Source: Candidatus Sericytochromatia bacterium
GTDB lineage: Bacteria; Cyanobacteriota; Sericytochromatia; S15B-MN24; UBA4093
Length of the DNA stretch: 64,000 nt
Assembly (NCBI GenBank): GCA_036676495.1
Contig: JAKFCT010000030.1
Location: forward strand, 1-64,000
Direction: 5' to 3'
The position numbers and the translations under genes are program-made. Positions within the stretch are counted from its first letter, which is position 1. Each line of letters starts with the position of its first letter. Positions 18,101-27,973 of this stretch are shown here, in pieces. The notes beneath the pieces are model-generated. The model was not told the origin of the DNA. It was given only the letters and a program-made list of their open reading frames with translations, and did no database searches.

Positions 18101-19690
18101 ATGCTGAAATCATCCACTCACGCTCTCGCTGCCCTCGCGCTCGCCGCCCTCGTCGCCGTCGGCTGCTCCAGCCCCAGCACCTCCTCGAAGGCCGTCCTCA
18201 AGCTCGGTCTCCAGGATCCCCCCAGCACCCTGGACCCCGCCGTCGCCTACAACATCCCCGCCATCGGCGTCTCTCACCTGATGTTCAACGGTCTCGTCAC
18301 CTTCGACCCCCAGGCCAAGCTCGTCCCCGACCTCGCCGAGTCCTGGACCGTCAGCCCCGACGGCCGCGAGTACCGCTTCACGCTTCGTGACGGCGTGCGC
18401 TTCCACGACGGCAAGCCGTTCTCCTCCGCCGACGTGAAGTACTCCCTCGAGCGCGTCCTCAAGCCGGCCACCAAATCCCCCGGATCCAGCTTCTTCCGGC
18501 AAATCGAGGGCGCCCCGGCCGTGATCGCGGGCGATGCGCCCCATGCCTCCGGCATCATGGCCCCGACCCCGCGCGAGGTCGTGATCCGCCTCGCGGCCCC
18601 GCAGCCCTACTTCCTGCAACTCCTGGCCATGGGCTTCGGCTCGGTCGTGCCCGACGGCCAGGCCGACGCTCCCGGCTTCGAGAAGCACCCCATCGGCACG
18701 GGCCCCTTCGCCTTCGAAGGCATGGTCGCCGGCCAGCGCATCACGCTGACCAAGAACCCCCATTACTTCAAGCCCGACGAACCCAAGCTCGACGGTATCG
18801 AGGTCCACCTCGGCCTCAACGAGCAGGTCGAAACCCTGCGCTTCGAGCGCGGAGAGCTCGACGTCCTGGGCGTCTTCCGCAACATCGGGGCCGCGGATTA
18901 CGTGCGCCTCAGCAAGGACCCCAAGTGGCAGGGCAAATTCCTCGAAGCCGCCGACAACGCCACCCATTACCTCGGCCTGAACACCGGCATGAAGCCCTTC
19001 GACAACCCGAAGGTCCGCGAGGCCGTGGCCCGGGCCATCGACAAGTCCAAGATCGTCACGCTCCTCAACGGCCGCGCGGTTCCCGCCGAAGGCATGCTGC
19101 CCCCGTCCCTTCCGGGCTTCGGCCCCGAGGACAAGGGCTACCCTTACAGCCCCGACGTCGCCCGCAAGCTCCTGGCCGAGGCCGGCTATCCCAACGGCTT
19201 CACCACCCCCTACTGGACCTCCAACTCGCAGACCGTCCTCAAGGTGGCCCAGCAGATCCAGCAGGACCTCTCCCAGGTCGGGATCAAGGCCGAGCTGAAG
19301 CCCGTGACCTTCCCGACGTTGCTCTCGGCCGTGAGCCGACCCGGCAACGCCCCGATGTTCGGCGGCAACTGGAGCCAGGACTACCCGGATCCGTCCAACT
19401 TCCTGCCGACCCTCTTCCACTCGCGCCAGATCAAGCCCTCCCATGCGATCAACAGCACCTTCTTCACGGACGCCCTGACCGATCGCCTGCTCGACCAGGC
19501 CGACCGCCAGCCGTCTGAAGCCGAGCGCTTCGCCACCTACCGCAAGGCGCAGGAGCGGATCATCGCTCAGGCCCCCGTGGTGCCTCTCTACCACCCCAAG
19601 AACGTCGACCTGACCCAGAGCTGGGTGAAGGGCTACCGGATCCACCCGGTCTGGCCGCTCGATCCCACGGGGCTGACGATCGCGAAATGA
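18101..19690 (+). CDS. Peptide ABC substrate-binding lipoprotein (family 5)
   Basis: VAVGC lipobox; PDLAESWTVSPDG, FHDG, PIGTGPF, WSQDYPDP. Confidence 0.95.
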   Translation: MLKSSTHALAALALAALVAVGCSSPSTSSKAVLKLGLQDPPSTLDPAVAYNIPAIGVSHLMFNGLVTFDPQAKLVPDLAESWTVSPDGREYRFTLRDGVRFHDGKPFSSADVKYSLERVLKPATKSPGSSFFRQIEGAPAVIAGDAPHASGIMAPTPREVVIRLAAPQPYFLQLLAMGFGSVVPDGQADAPGFEKHPIGTGPFAFEGMVAGQRITLTKNPHYFKPDEPKLDGIEVHLGLNEQVETLRFERGELDVLGVFRNIGAADYVRLSKDPKWQGKFLEAADNATHYLGLNTGMKPFDNPKVREAVARAIDKSKIVTLLNGRAVPAEGMLPPSLPGFGPEDKGYPYSPDVARKLLAEAGYPNGFTTPYWTSNSQTVLKVAQQIQQDLSQVGIKAELKPVTFPTLLSAVSRPGNAPMFGGNWSQDYPDPSNFLPTLFHSRQIKPSHAINSTFFTDALTDRLLDQADRQPSEAERFATYRKAQERIIAQAPVVPLYHPKNVDLTQSWVKGYRIHPVWPLDPTGLTIAK

Positions 19691-20604
19691 GCGGGATCGT
19701 TAAGCGCCTCCTGGGAGCGATCGCGGTCTGGCTGGGAGTCGCCACCCTCGCCTTCGCCCTGACCTACGTCATCCCCGCCGATCCGGCCAAGACCCTGGCC
19801 GGAGCACAGGCGGACGCGGCGACCGTGGAGAATATCCGGCGCGAACTGGGGCTCGACGCCCCGTTGCCCGTCCAATACGCCCGCTACATGGGGGGAGCCG
19901 TCCGGGGCGACTTCGGGACGTCCTACGTCTCGGGCAGCCCCGTCATGCCGATGATCCTGGAGCGCCTGCCGGCCACGGCGGCGCTCGCGGGCGGAGCGGT
20001 CGGGGTCTACGTGCTGATCGGCGTGGGACTGGGACTCTGGGGCGGGCTCAAGCCCCGCGGAGTCGGTGACAAGCTCGGGGTCGTCATGGCCGCGGGCGGC
20101 GTCTCCGTGCCGTCATTCTGGTTCGGTCTCGCGCTTCTTTACCTCTTCGCCTACCGCTACCCGATCCTGCCGCTGGGCGGTTACGGATCACCGCTGCACC
20201 TGATCCTGCCGGCCCTCACGCTGGGGATCGGCGGAGCGGCCTACTACATCCGCCTGCTGCGCCAGAGCATGCAGGACGTGATGCGCCAGGACTTCATCCG
20301 GACCGCGCGAGCCAAGGGGCTGCCCGAGCCGCAGGTCGTCACGCGGCATGCCTTGCGCAACGCGAGCCTGCCCATCGTGACCCTGCTGGGGGTGGACGTG
20401 GCGCATCTCTTGGGTGGCGCCGTGCTGACCGAGAGCGTCTTCGGCTGGCCGGGAATCGGCAGCCAGGCCATGCAGGCGATCGCCACCATGGACGTCCCCG
20501 TGATCATGGGGACGGTGCTCTTCGCGGCGACGGTCATCGTCGCGGTCAACCTGATCGTGGACCTCGTCACGCGCGTTCTGGACCCCCGCGTTTCCAGCCT
20601 CTAA
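19687..20604 (+). CDS. Di/oligopeptide ABC permease (DppB/OppB type)
   Basis: ELGLDAP, GDFGTS, DFIRTARAKGL, HALRNA, ESVFGWPGIG. Confidence 0.95.
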   Translation: MSGIVKRLLGAIAVWLGVATLAFALTYVIPADPAKTLAGAQADAATVENIRRELGLDAPLPVQYARYMGGAVRGDFGTSYVSGSPVMPMILERLPATAALAGGAVGVYVLIGVGLGLWGGLKPRGVGDKLGVVMAAGGVSVPSFWFGLALLYLFAYRYPILPLGGYGSPLHLILPALTLGIGGAAYYIRLLRQSMQDVMRQDFIRTARAKGLPEPQVVTRHALRNASLPIVTLLGVDVAHLLGGAVLTESVFGWPGIGSQAMQAIATMDVPVIMGTVLFAATVIVAVNLIVDLVTRVLDPRVSSL

Positions 20605-20842
20605 CCCCCGACATTCGCTCAGCCGACAGCCCCGCTCCCCCTTCTCACCCCCGGACCCGCCTGAAGCAATGGCTTCGGCAGGCCTTTACTAGCCGATCGT
20701 TGCTTCAGGTCAGCTTCGCATTCCCAACTCTAGCCGCGGGCGCTAAGCAGCCCCTGCCCTGATCCCCGGGGGGCTAGGCGACAGGACGGATCGTGTGCTA
20801 GACTGCTAGCCAGGGATTCCCTTGTCAAGCGGAGGGTGCGCG

Positions 20843-21712
20843 ATGACGGAGAAGGGATTGCAGGGCCACCAATCACCTGCACCGGAGCAATCGATGGAAA
20901 ACTCGATGGAAGACGCGTCGGAAAACACGACCGACCGCAAGAGCGCCAAGAAAGCGTCCGAAACGACGCCGGAGCGCAACAAGGCCTTCGCCGGCATCTC
21001 TCCTCAGCAAAAGGAGAAGCTGGTGGCGGATCACCTGCCGTTGGTCAAAAAGATCGCACGCGGTCTGGCCCGACGCAGCACGGATCCGGTCGAGGACCTG
21101 ATTCAAGTGGGTTCGATCGGCCTTCTCGAGGCCATCGAGCGCTACGAGACCGGCCATAACACCGAGTTCAAGACTTACGCCGTCCACTTCATCACCGGCC
21201 ATATCCGGCACTACCTGCGCGATCGCCAGAACCTCCTGCGCGGCCCCCGGGTGCTGCAGGAGCTCTCGTACCGGCTGAGCCAGGTCACGGCCCGGCTCAC
21301 CCAGGAGTTCGGCCGCGAGCCCACCAACCAAGAGCTCGCCGACGTCCTTCAGGTGACCAAGGAGCAGGTCGACGAGGTGAAGGTTTACGACCGCCGCGTC
21401 ACCGTCCTCTGGCTCGACCAGGAGGGCAACGATTCGGACGACGACGAGCAGCGTTCGTTGCTCGAGAGCCTCTCGGATCCGCGCTTCTCGTCGGAGTCCC
21501 GCGAGGAGACCGACGAAAAGCTGGTCCTCACCGAGGCGATGTCCCGCCTTCCCGAAGCCCAGCGGCAGCTTCTCGAGATGCGCTACTTCCATGACCTCAC
21601 CCAGGCCGAGCTCTCGCGCCGGCTGGGCATCTCCCAGATGGAAGTCTGCCGCCGCCTCAAGAAGGCCGAGAAGCAGCTCAAGATCGTCCTCACCCCCAAC
21701 CAGAAGCATTAG
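20843..21712 (+). CDS. Alternative sigma factor, SigB/SigF/SigG-like
   Basis: EDLIQVGSIGLLEAIERY, FKTYAVHFITGHIRHYLRD, GREPTNQELA, LTQAELSRRLGISQMEV. Confidence 0.92.
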   Translation: MTEKGLQGHQSPAPEQSMENSMEDASENTTDRKSAKKASETTPERNKAFAGISPQQKEKLVADHLPLVKKIARGLARRSTDPVEDLIQVGSIGLLEAIERYETGHNTEFKTYAVHFITGHIRHYLRDRQNLLRGPRVLQELSYRLSQVTARLTQEFGREPTNQELADVLQVTKEQVDEVKVYDRRVTVLWLDQEGNDSDDDEQRSLLESLSDPRFSSESREETDEKLVLTEAMSRLPEAQRQLLEMRYFHDLTQAELSRRLGISQMEVCRRLKKAEKQLKIVLTPNQKH

Positions 21713-21822
21713 CGCGAGGCGTCGCGCCCGCGGCTCCGATCGGGGCCGCCCGGTCCAGACGCCACGGCTAACGGGTCATCACGGCCGGGGAGTTCCCCGG
21801 CCGCTTTTCCTCCGGAGGATCC

Positions 21823-22836
21823 ATGATTTCGCATGTCCTGCTCCAGCTCATGGAAGGCCGCGCGCTCACCCGCGCCGAGGCCTCCGCGCTCATGGACCGC
21901 GTATTCTCCGGAGACGCCACCCCCGCCCAGGTGGGCGCCCTGCTGACTGCCCTGCGGCTGAAGGGGGAGACCCCCGAGGAAGTGGCGGGCTTCGCGGATG
22001 CGATGCGCGCGCATGCCGTGGCCTTTCCCGCGGCCGGCGAGGGCATTGACACCTGCGGCACCGGGGGGGATCGGGCCGGGACCTTCAACCTGTCGACCAC
22101 CGTGGCCTTCATCGCCGCCGGAGCCGGCCTGAAGGTCGCCAAGCACGGCGGGCGCTCGGCGAGCAGCAAGACCGGCGGAGCCGACGTCCTCGAGGCCCTG
22201 GGCGTCGACATCGAGATGAGCCCCGAGACGGCGGCGCGCTGCCTGGACCAGGTCGGCGTGACCTTCCTCTTCGCTCAGCGCTACCACCCGGCCATGCGCC
22301 ATGTCGCCCCGGTCCGCCGAGAACTCGGCATCCCCACCGTCTTCAACGTCCTGGGGCCCCTGTGCAACCCGTCCAAGCCCCTTCGGCAGGTTTTGGGCGT
22401 CTACCGGCCCGAACTGGTCGATCTCGTCAGCCAGGCGCTCCTGGAGCTGGGGGCGACCCACGCCATGGTGGTGCACGGCCTCTCGGGCCTGGACGAGTTG
22501 ACCCTGGACGGCCCGTCCCTGGTCGCCGAACTCAAGGACGGCCAGATCCAGCGCTACGAGGTGCACCCCCGCGACGTCGGCCTCTCGGAGGCCCCGGTCT
22601 CCGCGCTGGCCGGCGGAGACGCCGCGGAAAACGCCCGGATCCTCCAGGACCTGCTCTCGGGAAACGATCGCGGTCCCAAGCGCGATGCCTCCCTCTTGAA
22701 CGCGGCCGCCGTCCTAATGGTCGGTGGTCGAGCGGCGACCCTTCAGGAGGGCGTGGAGCTGGCCCGCGAAAGTCTGGACTCGGGCCGCGCGCTCTCGAAG
22801 CTCAACAGCCTGGTCAAGGAATCCCGACTTTCTTAA
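21823..22836 (+). CDS. trpD: Anthranilate phosphoribosyltransferase
   Basis: DTCGTGGD, FNLST, KHGGRSASS, FNVLGPLCNP, GLDE. Confidence 0.97.
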   Translation: MISHVLLQLMEGRALTRAEASALMDRVFSGDATPAQVGALLTALRLKGETPEEVAGFADAMRAHAVAFPAAGEGIDTCGTGGDRAGTFNLSTTVAFIAAGAGLKVAKHGGRSASSKTGGADVLEALGVDIEMSPETAARCLDQVGVTFLFAQRYHPAMRHVAPVRRELGIPTVFNVLGPLCNPSKPLRQVLGVYRPELVDLVSQALLELGATHAMVVHGLSGLDELTLDGPSLVAELKDGQIQRYEVHPRDVGLSEAPVSALAGGDAAENARILQDLLSGNDRGPKRDASLLNAAAVLMVGGRAATLQEGVELARESLDSGRALSKLNSLVKESRLS

Positions 22837-22976
22837 CCCCCCAGGGATACCAACCGATACGGGTCAAGCTGCTTCGCCCTCCGGGAGATCCGGTCTGGCG
22901 CTGGTTAATCCGGCCGCGATACGACATAGGGCCGCAAAAAATCCGGATAAATTCCGGTTTTTTTCGTGTTTGGGCC

Positions 22977-23005
22977 TTGCAATTGCCAGCGCATGTGCAT
23001 ATAAT
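22977..23005 (+). promoter_or_regulatory. Sigma-70 promoter of the HU gene
   Basis: TTGCAA-N17-TATAAT preceded by A/T tracts. Confidence 0.75.
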
Positions 23006-23109
23006 CTCGCTTGTTAGCCAGGCAAGCTGGCTTCTCATGCGGGTTTTCCCCATATGACCAGCATGTAATCCGTCCGCTGTGCCACTTACGACAGAAGGGA
23101 AGACGTGGG

Positions 23110-23418
23110 ATGAACAAAGAGGAACTGATCAAGCAGATTAGCACCAAGGCCAAGGTTTCCCAGAAGGAAGCCGGCGAGTGCCTGAACGCCACGATCGAGG
23201 CCATCTCGGCCGCGCTCGCCAAGGGTGACAAGATCACCTTGGTCGGCTTCGGTACCTTCCAGGTCCGCCAGCGGGCTGCCCGCGAGGGCCGCAACCCCCG
23301 CACCGGCTCCGTCCTGAAGATCCCCGCCAAGAAGTCTCCCGTCTGGACCGCAGGCAAGACGCTCAAGGAGCGGGTCGAGGGCGGCAGCAAGAAGAAGGCC
23401 GCGGCCAAGAAGAAGTAA
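23110..23418 (+). CDS. hup: DNA-binding protein HU with Lys-rich tail
   Basis: MNKEELI, LVGFGTF, REGRNPRTG; tail SKKKAAAKKK. Confidence 0.95.
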   Translation: MNKEELIKQISTKAKVSQKEAGECLNATIEAISAALAKGDKITLVGFGTFQVRQRAAREGRNPRTGSVLKIPAKKSPVWTAGKTLKERVEGGSKKKAAAKKK

Positions 23419-23446
23419 GCGGGCGTTCTCAGGAACCAAGCTTTAG

Positions 23447-23519
23447 CGAAAGGCCCGGGGCGATGCCCCGGGCCTTCGTGGTGGGAAGGCCCCCGGAGCG
23501 ATGCTCCGGGGGCCTCTTG
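23447..23519. terminator. Tandem hairpins between convergent hup and leuS
   Basis: AAGGCCCGGGGC-gat-GCCCCGGGCCTT and AGGCCCCCGGAGC-gat-GCTCCGGGGGCCT. Confidence 0.8.
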
Positions 23520-23521
23520 GC

Positions 23522-25951
23522 TTACTTGACGACCAGGTTCAGGAGGCGTCCGGGAACCAGAATCTTCTTGACAATCTCCTTGCCGGCGATCGCCTCCTGG
23601 GTCTCGGGCACGGCGAAGGCGAGGGCCTCGACCTCGGGCTGGGTCGCTTCGGCGCTGACCAGGACCCGGGCTCGGATCTTGCCGTTGACCTGCACGGCGA
23701 TCTCGACCTCGTTCTCTTTGGTGAGCTCCTCGTCCCAGGTGGGCCACTCGGCATAGGCGAGGGTCTCGCCGTGGCCCAGGCCCTCCCAGAGCTCCTCGGC
23801 GAGGTGAGGGGCATAGGGAGCGAGCATCTTCACGAAGGCTTCCATGGCCGCCTGGGGCAGTTGCTCCTGCTTGTAGGCCTCGTTGATGAAGATCATCAGC
23901 TGCGAGATGGCCGTGTTGAAGCGCAGGGCTTCCGTGTCCTGGGTGACCTTTTTGATGGTCTTGTGGAGCGTGCGGGTGAAGGCCTCATCCGCCTTAGCGT
24001 CCGCGCGAATGGCAGGGTTCAAGGCGCCCGCGTCGGTGACGAAGAGGCGGTAGACCCGGTTGAGGAAGCGGTAGGCGCCGTCGACCCCGTTGGTGTTCCA
24101 GGGCTTGGTCGCTTCCAGGGGGCCCATGAACATCTCGTAGATGCGCAGGGTGTCGGCTCCGGATTCCCGGACGATGTCGTCGGGGTTGACCACGTTGCCG
24201 CGGGACTTGGACATCTTCTCGCCGTTCTCGCCGAGGATCATGCCCTGGTTGACCAGCTTGTGGAAGGGCTCCTTGGTGGAGACGACTCCCAGGTCGTAGA
24301 GGACCTTGTGCCAGAAGCGGGCGTAAAGGAGGTGAAGCACGGCGTGCTCGGCCCCACCGATGTAGAGGTCGACCGGCATCCAGTACTGCTCCTTCTCCTT
24401 GGAGACGAGCGCCTGGTCGTTCTTGGGATCGATGTAGCGCAGGTAGTACCAGCAGCTACCGGCCCACTGGGGCATGGTGTTGGTTTCCCGGCGGGCGGGC
24501 ATGCCGGTCTCGGGATCCACCGTGTTGACCCAGTCCGTGATGTTGGCAAGGGGGGACTCTCCCGTGCCGGACGGCTTGATCGCGTCGGTCTCGGGAAGCA
24601 GCAGCGGCAGCTCCGACTCGGGAAGCGCCTTCATGGTGCCGTCTTCCAGGTAGATGATGGGAATGGGCTCGCCCCAGTAGCGCTGGCGGCTGAAGAGCCA
24701 GTCGCGCAGGCGGTAAGAGACCTTCTTCTGGCCGGCCCCCTGGGCTTCGAGCCACGCGATCATCTTGGCCTTGGCTTCGGGGACCGCGAGGCCGTCGAGG
24801 AAGCCCGAATGGACCAGCAGGCCGTCTCCGGTGTAAGCGGCCTGGCTGACGTCGCCGCCCGCGACCACCTCGACGATCGGGAGGCCGAACTTGGTGGCGA
24901 ACTCCCAGTCGCGCTCGTCATGGCCGGGAACCGCCATGATGGCGCCCGTGCCGTAGGTGGCGAGGACGTAGTCGGCGATCCAGACCGGGACGGGCTGGCC
25001 GGTGGCGGGGTTGAGGGCGTAGGCCCCGGTGAAGACTCCCGTCTTCTCCTTGGCGAGCTCGGTGCGCTCGAGATCGGACTTGTGGGAGGCCTTTTCCTGG
25101 TAGGCCGAGACGGCGTCGCGCTGCTCCGGCGTGGTGATCAGGTCGACCAGCTCATGCTCCGGGGCGAGCACCGCGTAGGTGGCGCCGAAGAGGGTGTCCG
25201 GGCGCGTGGTGAAGACCGTCATGGCGCGATCGGGATGGCCCTGGAGGGCGAAGCGGACCTCCGCTCCTTCCGAGCGGCCGATCCAGTTGCGCTGCATCTC
25301 CTTGAGGCTCTCGGGCCAGTCCAGCTCCTCGAGGTCCTCCAGGAGGCGATCGGCGTAGGCCGTGATCTTGAGGATCCACTGGCGCATGGGCTTGCGGATG
25401 ACCGGATGGCCGCCGCGCTCGGACTTGCCGTCGATGACCTCCTCGTTGGCGAGGACCGTGCCGAGGGCGGGGCACCAGTTGACGGGGACCTCCGCGACGT
25501 AGGCGAGGCCCATCTTGTAGAGCTGGAGGAAGATCCACTGGGTCCACTTGTAGTACTCGGGGTCGGTGGTGCTGACCTCGCGGTCCCAGTCGTAGGAGAA
25601 GCCGAGCATCTTGATCTGGCGGCGGAAGTTGTCGATGTTGTGCTTGGTGATGATCGCCGGGTGCTGGCCGGTTTCGATGGCGAACTGCTCGGCGGGCAGG
25701 CCGAAGGCGTCCCAGCCCATGGGATGCAGCACGTTGTAGCCGCGCATGCGCTTGAAGCGGCTCACGATGTCGGTGGCCGTGTACCCCTCGGGATGCCCGA
25801 CGTGAAGGCCCGCCCCGGAGGGGTAGGGGAACATGTCGAGGGCGTAGAACTTGGGCTTGTCGGACGTGTCCGAGGCCTTGAAGGTCTTTTTCGTCTCCCA
25901 GTACTGCTGCCACTTGGGCTCGATCGCTTGAAAGTTGTACTTGCCGTGCAT
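23522..25951 (-). CDS. leuS: Leucyl-tRNA synthetase
   Basis: [39 protein letters not shown]. Confidence 0.98.
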   Translation of the reverse strand: MHGKYNFQAIEPKWQQYWETKKTFKASDTSDKPKFYALDMFPYPSGAGLHVGHPEGYTATDIVSRFKRMRGYNVLHPMGWDAFGLPAEQFAIETGQHPAIITKHNIDNFRRQIKMLGFSYDWDREVSTTDPEYYKWTQWIFLQLYKMGLAYVAEVPVNWCPALGTVLANEEVIDGKSERGGHPVIRKPMRQWILKITAYADRLLEDLEELDWPESLKEMQRNWIGRSEGAEVRFALQGHPDRAMTVFTTRPDTLFGATYAVLAPEHELVDLITTPEQRDAVSAYQEKASHKSDLERTELAKEKTGVFTGAYALNPATGQPVPVWIADYVLATYGTGAIMAVPGHDERDWEFATKFGLPIVEVVAGGDVSQAAYTGDGLLVHSGFLDGLAVPEAKAKMIAWLEAQGAGQKKVSYRLRDWLFSRQRYWGEPIPIIYLEDGTMKALPESELPLLLPETDAIKPSGTGESPLANITDWVNTVDPETGMPARRETNTMPQWAGSCWYYLRYIDPKNDQALVSKEKEQYWMPVDLYIGGAEHAVLHLLYARFWHKVLYDLGVVSTKEPFHKLVNQGMILGENGEKMSKSRGNVVNPDDIVRESGADTLRIYEMFMGPLEATKPWNTNGVDGAYRFLNRVYRLFVTDAGALNPAIRADAKADEAFTRTLHKTIKKVTQDTEALRFNTAISQLMIFINEAYKQEQLPQAAMEAFVKMLAPYAPHLAEELWEGLGHGETLAYAEWPTWDEELTKENEVEIAVQVNGKIRARVLVSAEATQPEVEALAFAVPETQEAIAGKEIVKKILVPGRLLNLVVK

Positions 25952-26118
25952 CTGCTGCTCCTGATAGCGAGGTGAACGCGCGACCTGGGACCGGGCCGCA
26001 CTTTCGCGGCTCGGTCCGTCTCGAAAAGGCGGTTGAGGTCTGAGGCGCTCTGGATGGGCCATTATACCATCATGCATGGTGGTTCATGGCAGGTTCTTGG
26101 CGGGCGTGTAAGTTAATG

Positions 26119-26255
26119 GCGGGCGCGGAGGCCCGCCCCACAAACCCCCTGCCTGGCATGGGCTCACAAATACCCTGCCTGGCATGAGCGCACCTACATC
26201 CTGCCTGGCACGGGCTCTCAAAGGTCTTGCTTGTGGCGCGGGCCTCTGCGCCCGC
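26119..26255. repeat. Inverted REP-like palindromes flanking three 26-bp-period repeats
   Basis: 26119-26142 and 26232-26255 are inverted copies (22/24); CCTGCCTGGCA at 26148, 26174, 26200. Confidence 0.8.
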
Positions 26256-26262
26256 GATCTCC

Positions 26263-26883
26263 TTACGACCAGTAGCGCTCGAGCTTCGAGAGTTGCTCGC
26301 GAGACGTCTTCAGGTGCACGCCGTCGTGATCGACCGCGCGGACCCAGCTGACGGGCACGGAGACGTCATGGGTGAAGAAGAAGCCCTTGCGGACCACGAA
26401 GCCGGTGGCGTGATCGTGGTCGGGATTGACGAGGATCTGGTCGATGCGGCCGCATTCCCCGTCGGAGCAGAGGACGGGCAGGCCCTCCTTGAGCTCGATC
26501 TCCCCGGCGGGGATGTGATGATGCTCGATCGGCAAGGGGCCGGGGTTGAAGACGCCGAGATCGGGAAGGGGCATGAGGGCGCAGCCCACGCCGAAGGGAT
26601 GCACGAGGTTCGAGGTCGGCAGGCAGAAATCGGTCGAAAGGTAGTCGGGAAGGTCCTTGAGCTCATCGGAGGCGACGTTGAGGGCGATCGCCTCCGGGGT
26701 AATCCGCCCCACCATGCCCATGGGCATGACCACGTCGCGGCCGTCGCCGATCCGGATGACCAGGTGCGTCACGCTGCCCGAGCGCGGGTCCAGCACGACC
26801 CTGCGAAGGCGCCCACAGCGGCCGTCGAGGCAACGCACCTCCGCGTCGAAGCGCAGCGCCTCCGGCTGAGTCCTCTCCGTCAT
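26263..26883 (-). CDS. Tandem PRC-barrel domain protein
   Basis: Two copies of VxCxDGxCGR...V..P....T..V..G. Confidence 0.8.
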   Translation of the reverse strand: MTERTQPEALRFDAEVRCLDGRCGRLRRVVLDPRSGSVTHLVIRIGDGRDVVMPMGMVGRITPEAIALNVASDELKDLPDYLSTDFCLPTSNLVHPFGVGCALMPLPDLGVFNPGPLPIEHHHIPAGEIELKEGLPVLCSDGECGRIDQILVNPDHDHATGFVVRKGFFFTHDVSVPVSWVRAVDHDGVHLKTSREQLSKLERYWS

Positions 26884-27092
26884 GCTCTCCTCCTTCCGGG
26901 TGGCCTCGGGAATCGGAACCGCCTTCGCTCATCCTAGCAAATCGAGACCTCCCCGTGCGGCGCGCGCAGGACGCCGGATCCCCACCGAACGGGGCCCACG
27001 GCCCCAGCACCCCGTTCGGGGCGCGGAGAGACCCGTCCTAAACCCGGATCCGTGGGGGAGAAGGATCCCGGCCCTCGACGCGGAACCGTGCG

Positions 27093-27122
27093 TTGACAGG
27101 CCAAAACAGCGGGAGATACAGT
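27093..27122 (+). promoter_or_regulatory. Putative promoter of the KGG gene cluster
   Basis: TTGACA-N18-TACAGT followed by AT-rich TTAA-N6-TTAAC. Confidence 0.5.
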
Positions 27123-27193
27123 ACGGGCCAAGGTTAATAAAAATTAACTAAAAAGCTTGTTCATTCGGGGTTGGCGGAAAAAGGAGGCTTAGC

Positions 27194-27598
27194 ATGGCGC
27201 GGAAGACCACCACGACTCGCGCGGCAGCGCCCAAGACCACCGGCGAGCTGTCGGTTCGCGAAGCCGGCCGGCTTGGCGGAAACAAGGTCAAGGAGAAGTA
27301 TGGGCCCGATTTCTACTCGGAGATCGGGACCAAGGGCGGCGAGACGGTCCGTCGCGAGGTCGAGAAGGGCACGCTGCCCAAGGACTTCTACTCGCAGATC
27401 GGCCAGAAGGGCGGCAACGCCGTCAAGGAAGAGTACGGTCCCGAGTTCTACTCGCAGATCGGCAAAAAAGGCGGCAACAAGGTCAAGGAGGAGTACGGCC
27501 CGGAGTTCTACTCGCAGATCGGAACCAAGGGCGGCAACAAGGTCCGTGACCTGATCAACGCAGGAAAGGCCCAGCTGGAGGGCCGCACCCGGCGCTAG
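27194..27598 (+). CDS. KGG-repeat general stress protein (GsiB/YciG/Con-10-like)
   Basis: SVREAG..GG plus four FYS(E/Q)IGxKGG repeats; AGGAGG RBS. Confidence 0.9.
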   Translation: MARKTTTTRAAAPKTTGELSVREAGRLGGNKVKEKYGPDFYSEIGTKGGETVRREVEKGTLPKDFYSQIGQKGGNAVKEEYGPEFYSQIGKKGGNKVKEEYGPEFYSQIGTKGGNKVRDLINAGKAQLEGRTRR

Positions 27599-27628
27599 CC
27601 GGCACGTCAAGAAAAGGGGAGGTTTCGG

Positions 27629-27946
27629 ATGGCTGAGAAGCGCGACCGCGAGCAAAAGGGACGCGAGCACCAGGGCGACATGAGCGTCCGCGAAGCGGGA
27701 CACCTGGGCGGGGAGAAGGTCAAGGAGAAATACGGCCCCGAGTTCTACTCGGAAATCGGCCAGAAGGGCGGGGAGAAGACCGCCGAGACCCATGGCCGCG
27801 AATTCTACCAGGAAATCGGGCACAAGGGCGGCGAGACCGTCAAGGAGAAGTATGGCCCCGAGTTCTACTCGGAAATCGGCCACGAAGGCGGTCAGAAGGT
27901 CAAGGACCTGATCGAAAAAGGCAAAGAAGCGGAAGAGAACAAGTAA
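27629..27946 (+). CDS. KGG-repeat general stress protein
   Basis: MSVREAGHLGG plus three FYxEIGxxGG repeats. Confidence 0.9.
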   Translation: MAEKRDREQKGREHQGDMSVREAGHLGGEKVKEKYGPEFYSEIGQKGGEKTAETHGREFYQEIGHKGGETVKEKYGPEFYSEIGHEGGQKVKDLIEKGKEAEENK

Positions 27947-27973
27947 GCGCCCGTTCGGGGAAAGGAGTGCCTC

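Noticed and set aside
26148-26225. Three repeats as a CRISPR array
   Set aside because: 26-bp period leaves only ~10-bp variable parts; no cas genes or leader; flanked by REP-like palindromes
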